Source: Podarcis vaucheri (taxonomy: Eukaryota). Taken from it: a stretch of 64,000 bases of DNA. The first letter of the stretch is position 1; every line of letters begins with the position of its first letter. Of the stretch, positions 1 to 14,000 are shown in pieces. Position numbers and translations under genes: made by a program. Below the pieces are notes generated by a model that was given only the letters and a program-made list of their open reading frames with translations, was not told where the DNA came from and made no database searches. The stretch is taken from NCBI GenBank assembly GCA_965113315.1, contig OZ220364.1; one strand, 5' to 3'.

Positions 1-1741
1 CTTCTTTTGGAGTCTGTTAACTATTTAAAGTCTACAATTATATTTGACAGAATTATAACAGTGTTGCACACCACCCCAATCTCTGAGCGGTGCGAAATTC
101 CCGGTGTTCCAGGTTTCATGTTTTCTTTTGGAATGAGGCACAGCAGAGATTTTGGTGTCTTTATGATTTATGGTTTATTTACACAACCTGAGCCTGTGAT
201 GGAGGGGTTCACAGCATTAACACCCCAAAAGGGTCTTATTTCTCCCATAGCTGCAGAAATCAAACATTGCTCTCAAACATTGCTCTGGCTCTCTCCAGCT
301 TGCTGCTTTACTTCTGGGTCACATCACTCTGAAATTTTACTGAAAGTCTGGCTCTGTCTGTTACATACTGAGCCCCTTAATTCCTCATCACCTCACCAAG
401 AAGTTATTTTGGCTATTCCAGGTATTAGAAGGCTCAATTAGCTTTTAGCACTTGCTGGATCCAGGGATTAGAGGGGTCTAGCATATTAACACCCCAAACT
501 CATAGCAATAGTTTTATCCTATCAAAGAATGGAAAGATCAATCTCTGTGGAAACAGTAAATTGCAAGGAATTGGGGGGGGGGAGGCACCTGAAAGGCTCA
601 GTTTACATGTAACGCTAAAATAGACCATGGCTTAAAGCAAATGCATGTGGGCTCTGGGAGACAACATCATGTCACTTTTGACCTTCCTTTGGTCTTTTTG
701 TTGTTGGTTTAGCATGTTTGACCTAGCTCAACTCTGTGTGGCAGCAGGACTGAAGTAGGAGCAAAATAGGCACAATCTCCTCTCTGAAAACCTATGTATA
801 GTAAACCCCATGATTTGGCTTAGTATTATACCTTAACTGGGTCAGTGACAAAAAAAAAAATTCTTCAGACACCTCATAGAATTACTTTGCCTGCATTTGA
901 CAACAATTTCAATGATGAAAATAATAGGTTCTCATGAATGTCAATACAGCAGAAGGGCAACTGCTTGGGATACATAGCAAATTCCCAGCTGCTTGAATTA
1001 AATATTTTAATATCTCCACATCAGCTTTTTTTATCATTTGCAGGAGAGACATTGCCAGATGTAGCTGATGCACAAATTGATGCCAGCCTGGTCTGGAGAT
1101 AGCTATTTATCTAAAGGAACAAAGTTGGCAGGGTGAACTTGCTGAGCAAAGCAGAAATTGGGATATTAGTTTGTTCAGAAATCCTGCCTTTCACAGTTTC
1201 TTACTTCTGTCAACAAAAGAAAATAAAAGGGCTTATTTTGTAGTGGTAAACAGATTGTGTCTGTCAAGGCCTGCATTTCCTCAGAGGTAGCCTATGGGAA
1301 GCCACATGCTGGTACATTGGAAGACAAGTGGGCAGGATCACCCCTTTTCTCTCTCTGCCCCCTTCTCAGCTTAGCAGGCCATTGAATCACTTTCACCAGG
1401 GGTCAAAACTGATTGCTACATTTTGAAAGGGCTATTGAAATTAGGCTGAGAGGGGTGGTCTCATGTGGCTCTATGGCTGCAAGTCCTCTTGTGTGTTAAG
1501 CACCCCAGTTCAGCAAACCTTTTACTCCTTTAAAAATTTAAACTACCAAGGTTAAACAGGAATAAACGAATATGGCTCTAACAGTGCAATCTTCTATTTG
1601 TCTGCTTAGGAACATAACTCTTATTGACTTCAGTGGAATTTGCTCCCTGATAAGTGCATACAGGACTGCAACCTCAGTTGCGAATATTATCTTTGTATCC
1701 TCTATTGCATGATTTCTTCCTTTCTAGGTGGCTACTGCAAA

Positions 1742-1782
<41 letters not shown>

Positions 1783-1795
1783 TTTGTGTGTGTGT
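1742..1795. repeat. (GT)n(GA)n compound microsatellite
   Basis: Direct reading. Confidence 0.95.
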
Positions 1796-2289
1796 ACAAC
1801 AAAAAATAAAACACAGATTTTCTGATTTCTGAAATCAGGTAACAAAATATTTCTAAACTAGGAGCAATGAAAAAGTCTGCTTTCTTGCCTGCATAATTAC
1901 AGTCCATCTCTGATAATGTCACCTTGATCTCAGGTATTTAAGAAGCATACTCACATTTCTAATTCATTGTACACATCTAGCTTAGCAGTGCTTGGGATGA
2001 AGGGAGGGAAAAGAAAGAATTTTGCTGAACTCTGGGCACCCTCGATCAGCATAGTATGAAAAGACTGTGAAAATTATTTATCATAACGCTCTTTTTCATT
2101 GCTTGGAGGATATACCATTTAGTAAGCATTTGTGGCAGCTGAGTTTGACAGGCAAGTTAATATCCAAGAAGTTAGCAAACAATTGGTTACAATAACCTGC
2201 AGAAGACACTGCAACAGCCAGCAGCACAACAATTTCAGCCTCTGGTAGGAACGCACAGGTCACAGTCTGGAGCGAGTCCTAAATGATTC

Positions 2290-2390
2290 TGTGACAATTT
2301 TACTGCCTGATAAATATGATTCCTACGGGAGAGCTTAGAATCAAATAGGACTCCAAGGTTATGGGCCATGGGCATAGGATAAATACGATT
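2290..2390 (-). mobile_element. Ancient L2 RT fragment
   Basis: HNLGVLFDSKLSRRNHI resembles L2 RNLGV.FDS.LSF..HI. Confidence 0.5.
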
Positions 2391-5266
2391 ATCATCAAGG
2401 GAAACAAACAGGAAGGTCTGATAAATGTTTCTTATTCCCTTTCCCCATCTATATATTATTCCTCTCATTGTCGTCTCTTTAGATGCCTCCATCATTTCAC
2501 ATGATTTCTTGTTCTTTATTTATGAGAAATTCTGCTTATTATTTATCTTAATGTTTTTGCTGGCCTTATTTACAGTTTCCACTTTTACTCATCTTATCTT
2601 TTATTGCACTCCCTGAACTTCATTTGTCCTTTGTGGGTGATGTTTCACAGCTCACACATCTGTCATTAAAGCCTGTATTCCTTTCACAAAACATTTTTAC
2701 CTTTACTAGTTTCCTTCTGTTAGCCTTGATGTTGTAATGGAAGCTGGAGCTGAGGGCACATTTGAGACAGGTTGCAAATAAAGCTGAACCTGTCAGCCTT
2801 GCATTCTGATACCAATTTTGGCCATAACACTTTTATCTTTGGTTGCTTCCAGAGAGGCTGATCTTAGTGCTCCCCAATCATTGCTCCTCTCTTGTAAACT
2901 ACAAGTAGAATTGCAATAGACCTTCCACACTAGCAAGAATATTGCACTTTTTCTGTGTGTACATCCTGCTATGTTCCATCCATGTCAGCTTGTGTGTGGC
3001 ATACCTGCTGTGGATGGAGAAGTTCACCTGAGTGCCATTTGAAGGTACACATCCACTATAACTCTCATGGTGGATGGCATTTTTATCACCATCTTTTAAT
3101 TGGAGCAAAAATGCATTTACACACACACGTAGTGAGCTGCTATAGTACTACTTTTACACAAGGGAGAAACTATCTGAAATCATAGCTGCTGACACTCAGT
3201 GTAGTGAGTACTGAGGACTGAGCTTTAAGAACCGATGGTCTGATGAAATATAAGGCAGGTTCCAATATACTGACTACAGTATTTCTTCAGGAGAAAAGGA
3301 AAACTTTTATAATCCTTCTGTGCTATGCAAGCTCCAGCTAGCTTCCAATTATTTATTTGTTGATATGAATTGCAATTGTAGTCACTTTAATGTTGACGCT
3401 TGCTATAAAATATACCAGCAGAAACAATTCTTTTGGTATTAGTTTTGTTTAGTAAATTACAATGTAGTGATTAGGTTTCTGTATTCAGGGTTATTTCTTC
3501 CTCTCAGTTGGGTAATATAATCAATATGATTGACTGCATCCTTCTCTTTTAAGAGGATGTAGATAAATAAACTCCCTGATTTGTTATTATAATGAATTTC
3601 CCTAAATGTGGACTTTCATTCTCATGCCCTTCCTCTCCCCTCACTAAACAAATATGTATTATTCGTACCAGCAGAAGCATATTGATGTTCCCGGTCCCTT
3701 ATCATAATGTTTCACAAGTAGGAATAATTGACCTTAACTCAAGACTAGCCTATCATCAAGTGCTGGCTGACAGTCACCCTTTTATGCAGTATCCTATGGA
3801 CCTATTTGCCCCAGAAAGTCAATTAATTCCTAAGCAGAAAAAAAAAGTCTGAGTTGGAATAGGCCCAAGTTCTTCCTCACCTTCAGAAGTCGTATTGCTA
3901 CAGTATCTGTGAAATCAAAGGCAGTCCCTTTTGCTGCCACAGCTAATACAAGCTATGCAAATTCTCAAAGGGATGAAAGTTGAGGAGTGACACTTGGGCC
4001 CCCATGAGGAATTCATGAATTTATAAAACCCAGCTTTTGGGGAACCTACAACGAATTCTTTGGGTGTAGAATAACTTTGGAGTCTTCTTGACCATGTGTT
4101 CAATGGAGTCCGATGCATGAGGGGACTCCATAGAGGCCAGTGATACACCGTCAGAAGCCCTCAGGAGACAATGAAAGCCTCACCATAGTTGCCCAGAGAT
4201 TCCCTAGATTAAGTGCTTTGTTTTGCTTGAGCCAAGGTGATAATCCTTTGATCCCAGGGCTTGTGCCTGCCTGCAGGCCATCTTTTTTCTCTTCTGCTGT
4301 TTTCTAGTAGCATGCTGGAAGAGGCCATGTGCAACCCTTGTTTGAGGGATAGGTAGATGTTATTTCAACCTCCTGTTTTTTTAAAGCAATAGTAAGAAGT
4401 CTCTTCCATTAGAAGAGACCCCCTCCTATATTCTCTGACATTTCCAGTAAATAATACAGTTAATAATAGCACCAATGATAGCACAAATGGCACCAATATT
4501 TGTAATCACCTGGTTCAATATATGAACTTGTACAGCCTCATAATACTTGGCTGCATTATAAAACAAACACTCGCCACTGCCACCACCACCTAAGTTCTTC
4601 TCTGGCTTGGAATGTTACTTAGATGAACTAGCAATGTTGAGTGGATCAGACAGCCAAAGCCAATCACATTGTGGATGTATGAACTGAAGTTATTCAACAT
4701 GAATCCTTTTGATGAAACTCTTGTCAAGGAAATGAACTATGTGCCCAGACTATACTAACAAGTGTGACTTAGTAGCAGGGCAGGGCGGCTATGGTTGATA
4801 TTACAATAGATCTAGAACTGGTAGGTAGGTGTCAGACAGGAGAAAACCAGACTGCAGTCCCAGGGCATATGTGTAGCACCATCAACCAATGATGCAAACC
4901 TGGAGAGAACTATCAGAAAGCAGACAAGGCTTTTCTGAACACACAACAAAAGTCTTGTAAATCCTGAGCCAGTTCTGAATTGAGCTAAAGGGAGATCCCT
5001 TATCACAAATGAATAATGGAGAACCTTCAGAAACAAGAAGCCATACTATACACACTCCTTATTTACTATCTTGAAGCAAAAAGGTAGCTTATCTCCCCCC
5101 CCTCCCTTGAGGAAAAGTATGAAAATACACAACTGAATAAAAGAGGGACTTAAAAAAAATTGGCTGGATGAAGAGTTTAGGTGTAGCTTGATGCTTTAAA
5201 TTCTGTCAGCATGAAGCAAAAGCAGGAGAGTCAACGATACAGAATCTTACTCCACCAGAAGAACTA

Positions 5267-5521
5267 CTGTATTTTTTGCTCTATAAGACTCACTTTTTCC
5301 CCTCATAAAAAGTAAGGGGAAATGTGTGTGCCTCTTATGGAGCGGATGCAGGCTGCACAGCTATCCCAGAAACCAGAACAGCACAGCTTTCACTGCGCAG
5401 CGATCCCTCTTGCTGTTCTGGCTTCTGAGATTCAGAATATTTCTTGTTTTCCTCCTCCAAAAACTAGGTGCTTCTTGTGGCCTGGTGCGTCTTATAGAGC
5501 GAAAAATACGGAAAAATACGG
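5267..5521. mobile_element. Tc2/pogo-like MITE
   Basis: TIRs C(C/T)GTATTTTT.GCTCTATAAGAC.CAC, TA on both sides, 10-bp tandem duplication at the right end, internal 20-bp inverted repeat. Confidence 0.8.
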
Positions 5522-6337
5522 TAATTGTTGTGAATTTAGAAGCAAAGGACAGAAATGTTCCAAGGTCAGATTGCCGAGAAAGCAACTATGTATTGCATGA
5601 GACAGCTCCTCCTTTTCCTGAAGTTGGATCTTACATCTGAGAAATCCATACCGATTGATACATTAATTGAGCTGGCAGTTAGAGAAGTAAAAAAATTAAT
5701 GATCCTGGGTGCAGAAAACACAGTTCAAGTTGTGGCTCTGCTGCACAGAGGATATTTCAAGGGGGAAAGTATATAAAGAGTCTTTCCCCTCCCCACATCC
5801 TTTCAGGCAGCCACATAATGATTTACACAAGGTGATCATCCCCTCAAACACTCAGAGAAATGCAGAGCTGTTCCGTTTTGGGGAAAACAGTCTGAAGACA
5901 ACTATGCATCACTTTTCCCCTCATTGTGAAGAAGTACAGCACTTAAGAGAGTTGTATTTTTCCATGCCAGCCTTTAAAAGATTTCTTACTATGAACACTT
6001 GGGCTTACATGATGATCCTGGCATCACACACTAACAAGGCTCTGTTTATTGCCCCAGATAAACATTAATATCTTTTATTATTAGCATAGAAAGGAAGACA
6101 AATGGGAGAACCCTTTCAAGGGAGAAAAAAAGAATTCATAATAGGAAACTCTAGTCTATTCAATCAATGCAAACTTATCTTTTTTTGGCAGCATTAAAGA
6201 CAGAGAGTCTTCTCATTAACTGGGTCTCCAGGAAAGAGATCTTAATTGATAATGGAATGATATTCTTCTCCAGCACATCAGGGTGAATTAAATTAGAACC
6301 TATCCTTTATTACCATATTTCATTTTTCTCTTTTTAG

Positions 6338-6466
6338 ATTTATTTACACCCCATCTTCAAAAGCAGGCATCTGTTTCTCCTCACACAAGAAGTCATGATG
6401 GGGTGTCTTTTTGTCAGTTTCCCTTGTGTAGTGGCAACCACTGCAAAGAAAACTACAACCAAAAAC
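6338..6466 (+). repeat. Source copy of a ~130-bp local direct duplication (second copy at 7567-7697)
   Basis: ATTTATTTACACCCCATC...ACAACCAAAAAC recurs at 7566-7697 with about 3 substitutions and a 3-bp indel. Confidence 0.95.
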
Positions 6467-7695
6467 CCTCCTATGAATGAGTTCAGTGTGTGCGAAGAGT
6501 GTAGGAATGATCACTTTTCACAATTTCGCTAAGATTTCACTGGCCTTATCATGGTCTCAGATCCTTGAGACCACGGAGACAACTCTGATGAAGATAAGGA
6601 TCAGATCTTTTTCTCAAAGGCAAGAACCACCAGTAGTTTATTCAGGGCATTCTTTGGTAGAGGACAAAGGCACAACCTTTTAACAACCCACTACTGTGGT
6701 TATCACACTGCAGGTCTTGTTAGCGTACATAGGGCTTAAATAGGTTTCAGTTTCCTTCTTGCAAACAGCTTTCTTGGTAGGATAGCACTTTAATCATCAG
6801 GGCTCAAATGGAGCTATCCAAGATCCTGTTTGGTCTGCCTTCTGTGTAAAATACCCTTTGGCCATACATTTCTTGATCTCACTTTACGTGCTGTGACTTG
6901 ACTTCCCCTTCCTTACCCAGCCTTAATCTGCCTGTTTTTCTGGTGAACCGTTAAGCAGCCATTAAGCAGGGTAGGCATTGTAGCAGATGCTAAAAGCCTG
7001 CAGCAGTTTAAACAAAGCCTCTACTTCTATTATTTTTAAAAAAGATTCTACCCACCTTTAATTTATACAAAATGCTTCTAGCTCTCATTATCTCATGTTA
7101 AACACTTACCTTTTTAACATACACCAGAGATGAAACCTTTGTTTAATTTTAAGAATTTTAGAGCTAAAACAGACAAATGACAATTTTATACTGAATTGAA
7201 AGTAATATGAATGACAGAGTCTCTATTGTGGTATGCACACTCATCCCAACATTAACATTGTTTGCAAGGCTTTGTGGCACTTCTCTTTGATAACAGATGA
7301 CATAAAATTAGTGTACTTACTACAGAAAATGATGCCCTCGTACCACACTCCCTCACTTCTTAGATCTGTATGATCCCCAGAGCTGGCAGTTAATTATTAC
7401 TTATATTTTCTGTTTTCCCCCCACTAGAAAATTGGAGGCCTGAGTTTGTTGTCAAAATCTAGAGCCAGTCATGTACTAAGGTAAATTTGAAACTTGGAAT
7501 ATTGTGATCTCCTTGCCAAAATTACAACACAGAAGGTTCATTTGCATGATGCTAAAGCATAGTTTATTTATTTACACCCCATCTTCAAAAGCAGGCATCT
7601 GTTTCTCCTCACACAAGAAGTCATGATGGGGTGTGTTTTTGTCAGTTTCCCTTGTGTAGCAGCAACCACTGCAAAGAAAACTTGCACAACCAAAA

Positions 7696-8053
7696 ACATG
7701 GGTGGTGCTGTGATCTAAACCACTGAGCCTAGGGCTTGCTGATCGGAAGGTCGGCGGTTTGAATCCCCGCGACGGGGTGAGCTCCTGTTGCTCGGTCCCA
7801 GCTCCTGCCAACCTAGTAGTTCGAAAGCATGTAAAAGTGCAAATAGATAAATAGGTACCGCTCCAGCGGGAAGATAAACAGTGTTTCCGTGCACTGCTCT
7901 GGTTCGCCAGAAGCGGCTTAGTCATGCTGATCACATGATCTGGAAAAACTGTCTGCGGACAAACGTCGGCTCCCTCGGCTAGTAAAGCAAGATGAGCACC
8001 GCAACCCCAGAGTTGTTCGTGACTGGACTTAACTGTTAGGGGTCCTTTACCTT
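7696..8053 (+). mobile_element. Sauria SINE
   Basis: tRNA-like head (GGTGGTGCTGTG...GGTTTGAATCCC), diagnostic body (GCAAATAGATAAATAGGTACCGCT) and CCTTTACCTTT tail. 14-bp TSD TAAAGCATAGTTTA at 7553-7566 and 8054-8067. Confidence 0.95.
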
Positions 8054-9659
8054 TAAAGCATAGTTTAGCATTGTGCTCAAACAAGGTCACTGAGTAGCAA
8101 GAGACAATGACCGTTGTCAGGTCTTCTCTGCAGGGAAGCCTTCTTAGTTTCTGAATAAGCATCTATGTAAATTTATCATAATTATGTAAGCTTTTCCCTT
8201 CTCCATTAATTAATTATTTTTTTTAAAAAAATAATATATCAAATAATGTAAACGCTACAGATGAGCAATAAGATTTAATGTTAATTCTCAAAATGTTTTC
8301 TATGGGCATTTTTTCACCTGGCTGTATGCATCTTTGGACATGTCCATCAAGTTTTAAAGTCCCCTCTTTCTGTTTCATCACATCAAGTGAAGGAGAATGA
8401 AAATGTCCCTTTCTAATGCTTGCTTATACACCTGAAGGAATACCTTTCCTTGACTGTCATGCTTTGGCTCAGTTTGCCATAAAAATCTTGCTAAGGTACA
8501 TGTGACCAACAAGAGAATCCCTCTGGCCAATGGGCAATATTGTTAGATTACATGCAACTCACTTTGAAGGAATCAGTAAAAGGAATGCCTTCACTTAGTA
8601 CTGGGCCAGCTCTTTCAATGATCATCATGCCACTGGGTCACAATTTTTACTTGAATGACATTATCTTTTAAAGTAGGATCAGAATGTGAATTTGTAATGG
8701 CAAGTCCATCTTCAAAGCTGCAAAGCATTTAGCACCCTCCTTGCCTTTTGCTTACTATCCCTGTAACTGAATCTCGTTTGATTCTTCTGACTGCTCAGAT
8801 GCATAAAATAGCTTCTTTGAACTTTTTGCCTTTTTTCATTTTCAAATCCTTCTTGACTGTAACTAAGTTCACAGCAATTCTTCATCAAGGGAATTAATTA
8901 TATCTGGGTGAGTCATTGAGAGGAGGGTGCCTGCTCCTGGTCATTTCAATAGAAGTTTCATGTCTGAGTTATTCTTCAGTATAATATGGTAGGCCATTCA
9001 GCTTGCTAATGACAATTTCCCCACTTTTTATCTTTAAAGGTGCTCAGAGTATCTGATAGCTTGGCTAGGGAAAGGTCCAGCAGGGCTGTCTCAGGAATCT
9101 GGAAATTAAGATGTAGTCAGGAGATCAGAACTCAAATTACTTGATCAGGTCAGAATTTTGTTTGCAAAAAAACCCACACACACAAAAACACATACCCCTG
9201 GAGACTATCAGTGATATCATCTAGAAAAGAATGGATAGGAAAAATGTCAGCGTTTGCTTCAGTGGCTCAGTTAACACAGTATATCCGTTCCAAAGAAATA
9301 CGATGACAAAAGAGATTCATAATAAGCTGAATCACTTTTATTGAATACAATAAGAGCTCGATGTTACTTAATATCTGCAACTGTTTAACAATGTCAACCA
9401 CTGAACTTTTGGCCCTTTCTCATTATTTATATTGTTTATAGATTTATTTATTAACCCTCGCTGTAAGGGCAGGTTACAACAATGTAATATAGAATTATAA
9501 AACCATTACAATTATAAAACACATAAAACCATTCCAAATGCCACAGAACACTATAAATAATGAGAAAGGTCCAAAAGTTCAATGGTTTCAAATCATTGTT
9601 AAACAATTACATATATTAGGTAACATAAACTAACTAGCTAACCATTGAAATTTGTTTTA

Positions 9660-9910
9660 CAGTGGTACCTTGGTTTAAGAACAGCTTAGTTTATGAACAA
9701 CTTGGATTAAGAACGCTGCAAACCCGGAAGTAGGTGTTTTGGCTTGTGAACTTTGCCTTGGAATAAGAACATGTTTCACTTCCTGTTGAGTGTGTTCCAT
9801 TTGTAAATTGAGTCCCCCGCTGCTATAGGAAAGCATGCCTTGGTTAAGAATGCTTTGGTTTAAGAACGGACTTCCAGAACGGATTAAGTTCGTAAACCAA
9901 GGTACCACTG
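9660..9910. mobile_element. Tigger/pogo-like MITE
   Basis: TIR CAGTGGTACCTTGGTTTA, TA TSD. Confidence 0.9.
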
Positions 9911-10824
9911 TATTAGTTAGACAGTTGTAGAACTTAAATCACTCCACCTCATTTATTACTCAAGGCATTCTACAATGATATACCTCTGGATATTTGCAAG
10001 ACTATGGCTGCCCACCCTACTATAATCCTTTTAAAACAGATTTCAGTTTGCACTGAAGCTATGAAGTTACATGACTTAGAAGAGGAGGGGTTGGCACATG
10101 GCACAATCACTGATTGCCTGTTTGGTGTGGCTCTTACCTGGCTTGCCCCTCCCCCTCCCCTGTACCTTCCCTTGCCCAGAACCACTGCAATTGGGGTCAT
10201 TTTTATAAATGAAGCACATTTTTACAATAAATGCACAAATAAGAGCAAAATTAAATTATAATGAATTCGAAAATGCATCTAAGTGTTCAGCTTCCAGATA
10301 TTGTTGGACTTCAACTCCCATCAGCCTCAGCCCACATGAGTAATGGCCCAGAATGATAGGAGCTGTAGTCCAGCAACATATGGGGGGTGTGCACTAGTTC
10401 TCCACCTGAGCCTTAAAGAAACACAGAGCCAGAGCTTTCTGATATTTGTTTGCACTGTGGTGTAGCCTCCTCGCTTTTCCCAGCACCACCCTATCGGCCA
10501 GCTTTACTGATATTTGTGTTTTTAGGTTTACTCCCCCTCCCAAATATTGGCTGTTCATAAGGGCAAGAGAGTTTATTTTTATGTCTTCATTTCCCCTCAT
10601 TTCTTTGGTTTCATTTCCTGCTTTAGTCTCCAGAGGAACATCAAATCTATAGTGTCAGTTCTTTGACTGAACTTTTGAACTTCCTAGTCAGAACAGCTGT
10701 GCAGTAAAAAAAGAAAGGAGAAGGGGCTAAGGTAATCCCTTTCTACCAACTATAAGTTTACGTGGGGCGGTAGTGAGAAGCAGGAGTAGTGGTGGAGCAA
10801 TTCAGTTGGGGAGGAACAGAGGCT

Positions 10825-11045
10825 GAAAATCGTCTTCTGCAGCTATAGCAGCGACCAGAGGAGGAATGACCACTAGGAGGAGCACAGAGAGAAGAAACAC
10901 CGTGATGCAGCAGCAGAACTGGTTGCTTTTATCTGCCCCAGCTGCAACAAGACCTGTCTCTCCACAGCAGGCGTTGCAACCTTCCAACAGTTTGCACCGC
11001 CAAAGGCATACTCCTCCATTGTCTCCTGAGACAGAAGAATGCCAG
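10825..11045 (+). mobile_element. RTE-clade LINE 3' end
   Basis: Translation FICPSCNKTCLS..HSRRCN (RTE C-terminal zinc motif with a deletion), then CCATTGTCTCCTGAGACAGAAG as 3' UTR hairpin. Confidence 0.7.
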
Positions 11046-14000
11046 CCAACAATAAAATGGGTTGATCAGCTTAAAGTGCTCAAAAGGATGCCCCACTGAG
11101 TTCACCGGGGCTTCTTCCCTAGCAAGTGATTTTAGGATTGCTACTGTAGTATAACTTGAGAGGTTAATAATCTTTTTGCAATTGCAACAGAGTGGATGAC
11201 AGAATATATATAGTATATTCCAGGGGAAATGGGGTGCTTTCGGATAGATTCTGCTCAGAAATGCATAAGCTTTCAATTCCTATGGCGCCTTTGACCGCTT
11301 TCGGCCTTTTCTTAATTCTTTCATAATCTTTTCATTAGTTTTTGCCAAATAGCTCTGATTGCTATAGCAACTGTAATGAAATCACTTTCCTTAAATAGCC
11401 ACCCCTATTTCACTAGGTCAAAATCTGCCTTTTCCATCTAAGTCTCTACCTTTTGTGGGATTCCCACCCCCTTCTCTTCTCCAAGTAGAAAATGTGCTAT
11501 AATGGATATACCAGAATTATTAATCCATTTCCCCTTTGCCTTTGTCTTAAACAGTATTTTACCATCAGTGAATTAAACCGTACATATGCAGGGGAAATTT
11601 TAAACACCCTCTTGAGATGTAATCATCCAGTTTCATGGCATGCTATCATTGGCAGCACTGTATATATTTCACAATGAAATAAATGAAAAATTCATCATAA
11701 CAAGCACACAAAATGATATAGTGGAGACACTTTAAAATAAAGCTATGCAGAGATTTCTTCTCTCTATAAAGTCTAGATAAGAATGACTCTGTGGACACAA
11801 CAAGCTTCCTGTTGGTAGTTGATGAAAAATGAAACTCCTGTGATGAATACAAAAAGCTAACGTCCAGATGTACACTAGTGTCTATTAATCAAATTGCAAG
11901 GCAGCAGGCATGCTAAGTGGGTAGAATGAAGTGACTGCCTCTGGCAGCTGGCTTTGGGTGTCATGAAAAGGCATTTGACCTGCAGGCTGGAGACTACCCA
12001 TCCCTGCCCTAGTGGTTTAAGACTTAAACACTTAAGAAAGTGCACACCCCAGTACTAACCAGTTCATAGTCTGAGACTGGCCAGGGAGGGCCTGCTGATT
12101 ATTCTGCTAATAGGCTTGCAGTGCAGTGACCTTTTTAGGGACGGCATCCCCATTGTGGAATTTTCTTCTTGGGGAACTACCATCATGGCACTTTGCCCCA
12201 CCAAGAGATTATAAAAGATGGGGCTGCCTACTCCAGTTGTGGCCTTATTGACAGGAGTATCAATAAATGAACTTAAACATGTGCCTACTGATGAGAAGAT
12301 TCTTCACCTTGAAACAGAGATGGGCTCACCAGGTCGCTCTGAATATGAGAGACATGCTGGAGCTATAAAAGCACTGGGGGCCTACAAGGAAGTAAGGCTT
12401 AGCTTATCCTTGCTTAGCTCCCAACAACAGTAGCAGGACTCATGCAGGAGCAAAGCAGCAGTGATCTCTCTGGGAGCCTGAACCGTGCTAAGCCATAGTT
12501 TGTTATTGTGTTACATGTGAACTGGGTCCGTGAGTAGATGCTACCAGAAAAAGGTGGAAGAAATTAGTGGTAGCCCCATGTCTGCCTGGATATTGTCTAG
12601 CTCCCTCTCCTGACTGCTCAAAGGAAGATTACATCTGGGAACTCATCTCCCTTGGGAATTTGATAGTTGATTAATTCTTGAAATGAATTATTGTTCACAA
12701 ACCAGTTTTATGATCAATCTGGCCATCTTTAATTTTCTTTTTGGGAATGTGTCGGATATATTTTTTGTTGTACTGATACACACAGGCATACGCACAGACA
12801 GTTCTCTAAGGATTGGACTAAAACTCAATAAATCATTAAACCCAAGTGGCTGAATCATCATTCCTATTTTTTGATGCTTGTATTTGAAACTGTCAAACAT
12901 GCATATAACATTAACAGCCATCTCAAGGCATGCATTCGTCTTTTTATTTCAAACCTGGAAACAGAATGTTTCCTCTTGAAGATAAGTGGGGTCTCTGTGT
13001 GTGGGTGATAGAATGTTTTGCCATTTTGGCTTCAAGAATTAAATCTTTTGACTCAAAGAGAAATCCCCTACTAGCACCTTCTGTTGAAAGACTTTGCAGA
13101 CTGGGTACTTTCTTTTAAAACTTTTAATTTTCTGGGATGTAAGGCATACGATGAAAGTAAGAGATCAGGGCTACATAATTCTACATTTGGATTGGCTGAC
13201 TGCACAGGAGTAATTTATAAATTCCATAAATGTACAAGACTGAACTGTTCCTGAAACTAAATTATTCTCTTCTGCCTGACAAATGATTTTTTTTTTTTTT
13301 GGCCAAATGAATAGCCTTAGTTGGGCCTATAAATGACAGTGCTCTAATCATAAAAAAGCCACATTTCACAGGTTATAACCAATAGTCAAAGGAAACTTGA
13401 AGCAGAGAAAGTCTAGCTAATGTGTACTAGGATGCTATGAAAGGGGCATTGTGAAACTTCCATTATATCCTCTTACATTTTACATGAAATAAATCTTTGT
13501 TGCCGAATCCTCTTGTGTTCTTCTTCCATCCTTGGGAGCCATGTACAGTATTTCCCCCCAGGCTATAGACTTTGGGTAGGTAAATAGTTTGGCAGCTTAT
13601 AGGGCTCAAATAAAAGGCTTGCTTTATCAGCATACTACCATGTAGCTAGATTTAAATTAACCCTATTGGCCTCACTTTTATTCATGATGACTAAAATACT
13701 AACAGCCAGAATGTGGGTTTCATTAGCCTTTGGGTTCTTGAAAGTGCCAAAGAAAGTTAGATACTCAGAATGTTTTAGGCACCCAATTCGATTAAACTCA
13801 TATGGGAATGTTAGTAATTAAGTCAAAGGGTCCTAGGTATCTCAGTTAATTTGCAACGTTTACCATTTTAAAATATAGACTTATACACCTAATGATATCC
13901 GCACGTTCACTTTCATAGTAGGGTGTTTTACTTCCATCCTAGCAAAAGAAAAAGGGAAAGACAGGCATCACACTACCATCCAAAATCCTGTAGAAGTTTT

